A DNA stretch of 64,000 nt from Methanofastidiosum sp. (GTDB lineage: Archaea; Methanobacteriota_B; Thermococci; Methanofastidiosales; Methanofastidiosaceae): assembly GCA_020854815.1 (NCBI GenBank), contig JAHKLW010000005.1:7422-71421 (forward strand). The letters are read 5' to 3'. Under the pieces are notes generated by a model. The model saw only the letters and a program-made list of their open reading frames with translations, was not told where the DNA came from and ran no database searches. Below, piece after piece: positions 32,843 through 40,172 of the stretch. Numbering within the stretch: the stretch's first letter is position 1; each line of letters starts with the position of its first letter. Position numbers and translations under genes: made by a program.

Positions 32843-34142
32843 TTCTATTAGTAAAATAATCCTTCAACTTGCACTAGATATATTGAATCTTGATAGGGCT
32901 ATTTCTATGACAAAAGAAGCCATTGGCGGAGGAGTTGACTGGATTGAAGCCGGGACGCCTCTGATAAAAAGTGAAGGGATGGAAGCCCTAAGAGAACTAA
33001 AGCATATTTTTCCAGATAAGAAGATAATTGCAGATATGAAGACTATGGACACAGGTGATTTTGAAACTGAGATGGCATCAAAAGCCGGCGCCGACATAGT
33101 CTCAATCTTGGGGGCTTCGGATGACAGCACAATAAAAGAAGCAATTAAAGCCGCTAAGAAGTATAATTCTGAAATTATGATTGACTTGATCAATGTCAAA
33201 AACAAAGTGGATAGGGCGGCTGAAGTTCAGAAAATGGGTGCAAAATATGTCTGTATTCACGTTGGAATTGACCAGCAGATGAAGGGAGAAAATCCATTGC
33301 AGGATATAAAAGATGTAAAAGAGGCGGTGAATATTACTATTGCAACTGCAGGTGGATTGAATTCTGAGAACATCCCTGATGTAGTTTCTGCAGGGGCCGA
33401 TATAGTTATTGTTGGTGGCGCCATTACAAAAGCTTCTGACCTTCTCGAGGCTACAAAAAGAATCAGAAAGAGTATTGACCTTGCAAAACCTATTGAAAGT
33501 ATAGAATTTAGAAAATACAAAAGAGAAGAGCTTATTGATGCCTTAAAAAAAGTCTCATCTTCAAACGTCTCAGACGCCATGCATAGGGGTGGCGCGATGA
33601 AAGGCATACATACAGTTGTGCCTGGACTTAAGATGGCAGGAAAAGCATTAACTGTTAAGACTATGAACGGAGACTGGGCAAAGGTCGTTGAAGCGATAGA
33701 TTTGGCAGAGAAAGGAGACATTCTAGTGATAGATACAAATTGTGGTAATATAGCTGTTTGGGGAGAGCTTGCAACTTGGAGTTCTGTTACGAGAGGACTT
33801 GGAGGGATTGTTGTAGATGGTGCAGTTAGGGATATTGATGACCTAAAAGAAATTCGTTTTCCAGTGTTTGCAAGATATGAAGTTCCTGATGCAGGAGACC
33901 CAAAAGGATTTGGAGAGATAGGGTGTGAAGTTATATGTGGTGGCCTTAAAGTAAACAAAGGAGACTATATAATAGGAGATGACAGTGGAGTTGTTGTAAT
34001 CCCTCAAGAAGATGCGCAAGAGATAATAAACAGAAGCCTTGATGTTAAAGAAAAGGAGAACAGAATAAGGGAAGAGATAAAGAGAGGGTCCACTCTATCA
34101 AAAGTTCTAAAACTTAAAAAATGGGAAAAAATTGTAGGATAA
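32832..34142 (+). CDS. Fusion protein: 3-hexulose-6-phosphate synthase (OMPDC-fold) domain + RraA-like (class II aldolase/decarboxylase fold) domain
   Basis: The N-terminal half has LQLALD...DWIEAGTPLIKSEG...KIIADMKTMDTG, an HPS signature. The C-terminal half has GELATWSSVTRGLGGIVVDGAVRD, an RraA/DMK-methyltransferase-like signature. It overlaps the PPS gene by 11 nt. Confidence 0.8.
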   Translation: MKGDSISKIILQLALDILNLDRAISMTKEAIGGGVDWIEAGTPLIKSEGMEALRELKHIFPDKKIIADMKTMDTGDFETEMASKAGADIVSILGASDDSTIKEAIKAAKKYNSEIMIDLINVKNKVDRAAEVQKMGAKYVCIHVGIDQQMKGENPLQDIKDVKEAVNITIATAGGLNSENIPDVVSAGADIVIVGGAITKASDLLEATKRIRKSIDLAKPIESIEFRKYKREELIDALKKVSSSNVSDAMHRGGAMKGIHTVVPGLKMAGKALTVKTMNGDWAKVVEAIDLAEKGDILVIDTNCGNIAVWGELATWSSVTRGLGGIVVDGAVRDIDDLKEIRFPVFARYEVPDAGDPKGFGEIGCEVICGGLKVNKGDYIIGDDSGVVVIPQEDAQEIINRSLDVKEKENRIREEIKRGSTLSKVLKLKKWEKIVG

Positions 34143-34187
34143 TTTTTATCTGACGAAATATTTATAAATAATATATTTCTTTATGAC

Positions 34188-34204
34188 ATATCATTATATG
34201 ATAT
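34188..34204. promoter_or_regulatory. 17-bp palindrome ATATCAT-TAT-ATGATAT immediately upstream of the PadR gene (candidate operator)
   Basis: It is a perfect 7-bp inverted repeat with a 3-bp spacer, ending 13 nt before the ATG at 34217. Confidence 0.4.
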
Positions 34205-34216
34205 ATCGGTGCCTAT

Positions 34217-34564
34217 ATGACATTTAGACAAATTCACAATAGGTTTCATTATTTCCACATTTTGGATACATTCGGCCTTTGGTTATTCAGCAAGAAAGAG
34301 CTATGCGGTTACGACATAATAAAAGAGTTTGAAATTAGGTCGAAAGGTACTTGGAAACCTTCTCCGGCATTAATTTATCCTAAAATATTAATATGGATAT
34401 CAGAAGGATTAATTGAAGAAACAAACAAAGGAACGAGGGGTAAAAAATATTATAAAATTACTCCAAAGGGTAATATAAAACTAAATGAGAATATGGGCAA
34501 TCTAAAAAGAGATCTCCTAGATTATGAGGATTTTCTGGGGGAAGTTTTTGAGGTGGATAAATGA
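34217..34564 (+). CDS. PadR family transcriptional regulator
   Basis: CGYDIIKEFEIRSKGTWKPSPALIYPKILIWISEGLIEE...KKYYKITPKG matches the PadR wHTH pattern. Confidence 0.75.
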   Translation: MTFRQIHNRFHYFHILDTFGLWLFSKKELCGYDIIKEFEIRSKGTWKPSPALIYPKILIWISEGLIEETNKGTRGKKYYKITPKGNIKLNENMGNLKRDLLDYEDFLGEVFEVDK

Positions 34565-35643
34565 AAGAGCTAAGAGACACTCTATTTGGAAAACTTGGAC
34601 TTATTGAATACAAGTACAGTAAGATTATAGTGGCCTCAATGTTACTGATAACTATTTTTTTATCATTTGGTGTATTAAACTTAAAGTTTGAATCGGATTT
34701 CATGAAAGAACTTCCCCAAAACTTTGACGTTGTAAAGACTCAAAATCTCATTAACAGTGAATTTGGCGAAGAAGAAGGTATTATAATTCTATTGGAAACT
34801 GATTTTGATGTTGTAGATGACATAAGGAATAAACAAAGCCTTGAAAGTATATATCAACTTGAGAAAAGATTAAAATCCAGACCCGAGATAATTGATGTAA
34901 TTGGTCCTGGGACGGTCTATTATTCAATCTTTAGGGGAATTCCTTCAGATGACGTGGCATTGAGGGATGTGGCAAAGACTATACCAGGATTAATATCAAA
35001 AGATTATACGTCAGCCATAGTCATGGTCAGGATGAGTGGAGTAAGGAGCGAAGAGGAAATTCAAGCTGCAATTGACATAGTAGAAGAAGAAACTGAAAAA
35101 GTACAGTTGTATGGATTGAATTATACCATAACTGGATCCCCTGTGTTAAGTAAAACTATTCTTAAAGTTCTGAGAGAAGATTCAATGAAAACTATGGCCA
35201 TATCTGCAATAATTGTATTTATATTACTGAGTTTAATATTAAGATTCAAATCATTCTTTGTTATAATTCCACTTATTTGCGGAGTAGTCTGGACAGGAGG
35301 AATTCTATCTTATATTGGTATCCCAATAAGTCTCGTGACAACTAGCATTGGAGCCATTGTCATAGGTCTCGGTGCTGAATACGGGATATTTATGGTATTA
35401 CGTTACAACGAGGAGGCAAAAAAAGATAAGCCAAATGAAGAAAGAGTTGTGGCTATGGTTGCAGGTGTTGGCCGTGGTACAATAGGATCAAGTGTAACAA
35501 CAGTTGCTGGCTTTATGGCTCTAGCGCTTTCTTCAATGCCTATGATGGTCCATCTTGGAACTGCTTTATCTTTGGGAATAATAAGTTGTCTTATAGGAGC
35601 TTTAGTTTTTTTACCTTCAATTATGGCTTTGAGGGAGTGGTAA
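34561..35643 (+). CDS. RND-superfamily (MMPL-type) exporter, half-size subunit A
   Basis: The topology is one N-terminal TM, an extracytoplasmic domain of about 170 aa, then a 5-TM bundle. That equals one RND repeat. Size is 360 aa. Confidence 0.7.
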   Translation: MKELRDTLFGKLGLIEYKYSKIIVASMLLITIFLSFGVLNLKFESDFMKELPQNFDVVKTQNLINSEFGEEEGIIILLETDFDVVDDIRNKQSLESIYQLEKRLKSRPEIIDVIGPGTVYYSIFRGIPSDDVALRDVAKTIPGLISKDYTSAIVMVRMSGVRSEEEIQAAIDIVEEETEKVQLYGLNYTITGSPVLSKTILKVLREDSMKTMAISAIIVFILLSLILRFKSFFVIIPLICGVVWTGGILSYIGIPISLVTTSIGAIVIGLGAEYGIFMVLRYNEEAKKDKPNEERVVAMVAGVGRGTIGSSVTTVAGFMALALSSMPMMVHLGTALSLGIISCLIGALVFLPSIMALREW

Positions 35644-35644
35644 T

Positions 35645-36724
35645 ATGTCCCGTTACGATAAACTAATAAGAGATTTTTCAGATATTCATGGAAAAAATTC
35701 CAAGAGGCTTCTAATACTGTCATTTATTATAACAATAATTTTAGGATCTGGGATCTCCCTCATCAAGATAGAACAAGGAGATGATATGAGCCAGTTGCCC
35801 AATAATATTGAGGAGATTCAGGTGTTCATGAAGATGGAGGACAAGTTTGAAAGATATAACTCCATTATTGTTGTAATCAACTCAGAAAATATAGGCTCCC
35901 CAGACATCTTGAAGGAAGCTTATTTATTGAATCAAGAACTTATGAATGTCTATGGGATAGAAAGCTCTTCTTTTACTCTTAAACTAGATGAGATATATCT
36001 GCCAAAAGAAGAGCTAAAGAACAGGGTTGAAGTTTCAGATAATCTTGGATACATGCTGATAAGACTTAATGTCATTAAGGGCGTCGATAATATGAAGGTA
36101 TATGACGACGTGAAAGAAATAATCTCAAAAACTACATTGAATGTTCAGCCGGGAGGCGGCATAGCAATGGTTAAAGAACTTACAGACATAATCTTACCTG
36201 AGATGTCAAAGATATCTACATTTGGGATTATAGGAGTCTTACTTTGTGTTATACTGACATTCAGATCAATAAGATTTGGCATAATGCCTTTGATATGTGT
36301 TGGTGTGGGAATAGTATGGATGATGGGAATATCGGGATTTGCAGGAATTTCTTTAAGTTCTGAGTTAGTAGGAGTTATTTCAATGATGACCGGAATTGGA
36401 ATTGATTTCGCAATACAGACTATAAATAGATATAATCAAGAGCGTACTCCTATAATTTTAGAGAAAATAGTCAGGACTTTAGAAGGTGTTGTTGAGCCTA
36501 TAGTTGTTTCGTCTATTGTTGCAGGATTTGGATTCATTGCAATGCTTGCGGGGTCTTTATCCATACTTGATACGATGGGAAAGATGCTTTTCATAGGTGT
36601 ATTTAGCTGCATGGGGGTAACGCTTATATTTCTCCCATCGTTTTTAGTAGTTCAAGAAAAAATATTTGAAGATACAAAAAAATTAATTAAGAAGAAAATG
36701 GAGGCGTATAATGAAGAAAATTAG
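35645..36724 (+). CDS. RND-superfamily (MMPL-type) exporter, half-size subunit B
   Basis: It has the same 1+5 TM topology as subunit A. Its ATG starts 1 nt after the upstream stop. Size is 359 aa. Confidence 0.7.
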   Translation: MSRYDKLIRDFSDIHGKNSKRLLILSFIITIILGSGISLIKIEQGDDMSQLPNNIEEIQVFMKMEDKFERYNSIIVVINSENIGSPDILKEAYLLNQELMNVYGIESSSFTLKLDEIYLPKEELKNRVEVSDNLGYMLIRLNVIKGVDNMKVYDDVKEIISKTTLNVQPGGGIAMVKELTDIILPEMSKISTFGIIGVLLCVILTFRSIRFGIMPLICVGVGIVWMMGISGFAGISLSSELVGVISMMTGIGIDFAIQTINRYNQERTPIILEKIVRTLEGVVEPIVVSSIVAGFGFIAMLAGSLSILDTMGKMLFIGVFSCMGVTLIFLPSFLVVQEKIFEDTKKLIKKKMEAYNEEN

Positions 36725-38210
36725 TATGTTTTTAATAGGAGTTTTTTTAATGAGTGTTTTAGCGCCAAGCGCTTATGGAAGCACAGATACGGTGATTTAT
36801 TCAGGGTACCTTTATGATAGCGAATTTGTCTTTGTTGGACCATATGCTTTAGCACTTACTGACTATAAAAACACGATGGCGTCGTTTATGGTTTTGGAAG
36901 GTACTGCACCTGTTGGGCCTTTGGGGGCCTATATCTCAGAAGGTGAGACACTCAAAGTAAATGATATCACGATTACTCTAATCGATGTTTCAAACGTGGG
37001 CGTAAATGTAATAATCAAAGGGCCTGTCGGATACAAAATTGGAAGAAGTCAATATGAGTTTGTCATTAAGGAAGTAAAAACGAATCCTTTGAATGTAGAG
37101 CCTGGAGAAGCCTTTGATCTTGAAATCTTGCTTTCAAATGAGGGATCAATGAAAGCATACACTGTAAAAGCAAGTTTGAATGTCCCTCCTAGTGGCACTG
37201 TAATTCCTTTCATGCCAGAGAATACTTCAGATTCTATTTATATTGGGGACCTTGAAGCAAAAAAAGATAAATTACTTTCATTTAATTTGAGAGCAAATGA
37301 AAAAATAACAGCAGGAAATTATCCGATGACACTTGTGCTAAACTTTTATGATGGCTCAATGCCATACCCAAGACCTTATACAATTCAATTTGGGCTTCGA
37401 GTCTCGGGGAGAACAGAGATAATGGTAGTTAATTTTTCATCTACCCCAGAAAATGTAAGGGCAGGAAACGAAAATATTAAGATAAAAGTAAATCTTGCAA
37501 ATCAAGGTACTGAAAGTGCAAAGTATGTGAAGGCTTATCTTGATCTAAATGAGCCTTTTTCATTATCAAAATCTTATGAGAGCTCTTTCAATCTTGGAAC
37601 ACTTTCTGGCGGGCAGTCGAAGGATGCGGAATTTCTCATTAACGTTGGTAAGGATGCAAAAAAAATGACATATGCGGTGCCAATGTTTGTTGAATACAGG
37701 GACTCTTCAAACAATCTAATTAAGGAAGAGTTTCAATTGAATTTGGATATAAAAGGAAAACCTGACCTAGAAATCATTGAATACCGTCTTTCTCCTGAAA
37801 CAGTGAGGGCTGGAGGAAGCGCAAAGATTAATCTGACCATACAAAACAAAGGAGAAGAGAAAGCCGAATCAATAATAGTTGAGGCGATTGAAAGGTCAGA
37901 ACAGCCTTTTGACTTCACATCAAAAAATGATTACATTGGAGTCCTTGAACCAGGACAGAAAGCAGAAGTAGTGTTAGCCACAAATGTCAAATCAACTGCA
38001 GAAGAGAAAACCTATCAACTAAATCTAAGGATTAGAGCAATTGGCGACAAGGAAAAGCAGGATTTAAACGTCTACTTATTCCAAAAGAACATTGAAATAC
38101 CGGTAACGAAATCAGTAAGTAATATAAGAATCTTTGCAATTATCGGGCTTGTAGTTGTATTGTTAATAGGAGGATACTACGCATACAACAATTATATAAA
38201 GAAAAAATAA
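36711..38210 (+). CDS. COG1361/CARDB-repeat cell-surface protein with C-terminal TM anchor
   Basis: It has a signal peptide and three repeats of the pattern P..V..G....(I/L).(I/L).(L/N).N.G...A..V.A.L (NVEPGEAFDLEILLSNEG, NVRAGNENIKIKVNLANQG, TVRAGGSAKINLTIQNKG). The C-terminal TM ends in KKK. Confidence 0.75.
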   Translation: MKKISMFLIGVFLMSVLAPSAYGSTDTVIYSGYLYDSEFVFVGPYALALTDYKNTMASFMVLEGTAPVGPLGAYISEGETLKVNDITITLIDVSNVGVNVIIKGPVGYKIGRSQYEFVIKEVKTNPLNVEPGEAFDLEILLSNEGSMKAYTVKASLNVPPSGTVIPFMPENTSDSIYIGDLEAKKDKLLSFNLRANEKITAGNYPMTLVLNFYDGSMPYPRPYTIQFGLRVSGRTEIMVVNFSSTPENVRAGNENIKIKVNLANQGTESAKYVKAYLDLNEPFSLSKSYESSFNLGTLSGGQSKDAEFLINVGKDAKKMTYAVPMFVEYRDSSNNLIKEEFQLNLDIKGKPDLEIIEYRLSPETVRAGGSAKINLTIQNKGEEKAESIIVEAIERSEQPFDFTSKNDYIGVLEPGQKAEVVLATNVKSTAEEKTYQLNLRIRAIGDKEKQDLNVYLFQKNIEIPVTKSVSNIRIFAIIGLVVVLLIGGYYAYNNYIKKK

Positions 38211-38231
38211 TGAATCGATATCGGTGGAAAT

Positions 38232-40172
38232 ATGAGAAGAGGCCTAATACTACTTTCAATTATTTTAATCTCTATACTTTTTCCATTTGATGTGGCCTCT
38301 TCTTCAGTCCCAGAAGATGCTTTCTTTTTTGATGAAGATGCTGTGAAGTCTATGATAGTTGTTGGAGAAACAGCAACATCATCAGATGTCATCTCTGCTT
38401 CAAAGCTTGCATTTCTCATTGCCAATCACCACACTGAAAGAATTGAGAATACTATATATGAAGAGTACAAAGTTTCTTTAAAGAATGTGAATGCTAGCGA
38501 TATAATAAGAATCGATCCTGGTAACACCACAATAAATTCAATTAAGGTGGCCGATGGATTAAAATCGCTATGGTGGGATGACGGATATAAATATTCATCA
38601 TTTCTCTATCCCTATGGTGACGGAGATAAAGTATTCGATTATGATGAAACGCATGAAGAGATATTCATAAAGTTATCGGATATTGAGTCCCCTGATGATT
38701 ATTGTCTTGATTTTAATATATCTGACATAATATATAGGGTATCATTTATCCGTACACCCCTCCAAAGACAGGTATTTGCCGGTTGCAGCGGCCCTCTTTA
38801 TGATGTACCATATAATTCATATAAAATAAGATTATTTGAGAAAGAGTATCCAATAATAAATAATGGCGTATATCGCTCTAAAGATCAAAATATAAGTTAT
38901 TTTATTTATGGGATTCCTATTTATTCTCCAGATACCATATTCAAAGTAGGGGACACGAGAGTCTTTGGCTGGTACACTGTAACACTTCTAGACATACACA
39001 GCCCAACAACAGAAGAGACTTCTAAAGATGACAAGTTTAAGGTTAAAAGTGGTGGAAGCTTTTCGGGCGAGTACAAAGTTTACCTTAGAGTATCTGACTT
39101 CACAGGGAAAAGTGATGATTTCTTAATGGTGATGGATGCTAATAGTTCAAGGTGTTGCACCTGCGTTTCTCTATGCGATCCAAAAGGAGGATACGGCTCC
39201 TTTACAACTGTTCCAACAAGGCAATATGAGAATGACCCATATTTCATCTTTGATAGAGGTACACGAGTTATTGATGGGATTGAGGAAACTATATGGTCTA
39301 TCCCTGTTTTTTATATAGATGGAATAAAAGTCTTTGAAGGTGCCGACAATAGCTTGCTTGCAGCGTTTGATATTTTTTCTTTGAAGGACTATGGGGCTAT
39401 TGAAGAAACTTCTTGTTGTATGCCATTTGTTACATATCCAAACGACTATAATCTTAGCATCTCCAATCTTTTGGAGGATATTATTGCATTTGGAGTTGAT
39501 ATTAATCTTGATGGAAATCTATCTCCTGAAGAACAACAGATACCTGTATTTGAAACTCCTGGAGAAGAATGTAACGCTTCTATCAAATTACCCTTTCCTT
39601 CGCCAGTTTATATAAATCCTGGAAAAGATGGTATATTTGGAACATGCGATGATTATCTAGATATTAATCCCGCTAATCCAAGATTTAAGAAGTGTAATTA
39701 CGATACAATTGATGTAATTTTGTGTGATAAAATAGATCTCACATGCTGTGACCCGCAGATTGTATATGGCCCAAAGAACTATTTCAAGATAGATATACTT
39801 GATTCAAACTACAAGCAGAAGGACGGCGATGGTATAGAACTTGAGGTCAGCCAGAAAAAATCAAAATTATATTTATTCTACGACTCTACAGTTAAAATTG
39901 AGCCTGCTTCGCTTATAAAAAGAGACATAGATGTTACTGGCTCCGATAAGGCTATGAAGAATCTCATTTTAATTGGAAATGAAAACAGCAATCTCTTAAT
40001 AAAAGATTTGTATGACGCAGGTATTTCTAAAGTCGTATGGTCAAGGTCTTTTGGCCAGTGGGAATATCTAAGAAATGTCTTCTATGAAAACAGCGTTTTA
40101 ATCGTGGGCGGTAGAAACGGTGAGGCCACTAACAACGCTTTGGAAGACCTTATGAAATTATTGTTTGTTTGA
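38232..40172 (+). CDS. Large secreted Cys-rich protein with S-layer-protein-like termini
   Basis: It has a signal peptide. The N-terminal MIVVGETATSSDVISASKLAFLIA and C-terminal NLILIGNENSNLLIKDLYDAG resemble the conserved ends of Methanococcales/Thermococcales-type S-layer proteins, as I recall them. It contains many Cys clusters (CCTCVSLC, SCCMP, TCCDP). Confidence 0.45.
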   Translation: MRRGLILLSIILISILFPFDVASSSVPEDAFFFDEDAVKSMIVVGETATSSDVISASKLAFLIANHHTERIENTIYEEYKVSLKNVNASDIIRIDPGNTTINSIKVADGLKSLWWDDGYKYSSFLYPYGDGDKVFDYDETHEEIFIKLSDIESPDDYCLDFNISDIIYRVSFIRTPLQRQVFAGCSGPLYDVPYNSYKIRLFEKEYPIINNGVYRSKDQNISYFIYGIPIYSPDTIFKVGDTRVFGWYTVTLLDIHSPTTEETSKDDKFKVKSGGSFSGEYKVYLRVSDFTGKSDDFLMVMDANSSRCCTCVSLCDPKGGYGSFTTVPTRQYENDPYFIFDRGTRVIDGIEETIWSIPVFYIDGIKVFEGADNSLLAAFDIFSLKDYGAIEETSCCMPFVTYPNDYNLSISNLLEDIIAFGVDINLDGNLSPEEQQIPVFETPGEECNASIKLPFPSPVYINPGKDGIFGTCDDYLDINPANPRFKKCNYDTIDVILCDKIDLTCCDPQIVYGPKNYFKIDILDSNYKQKDGDGIELEVSQKKSKLYLFYDSTVKIEPASLIKRDIDVTGSDKAMKNLILIGNENSNLLIKDLYDAGISKVVWSRSFGQWEYLRNVFYENSVLIVGGRNGEATNNALEDLMKLLFV

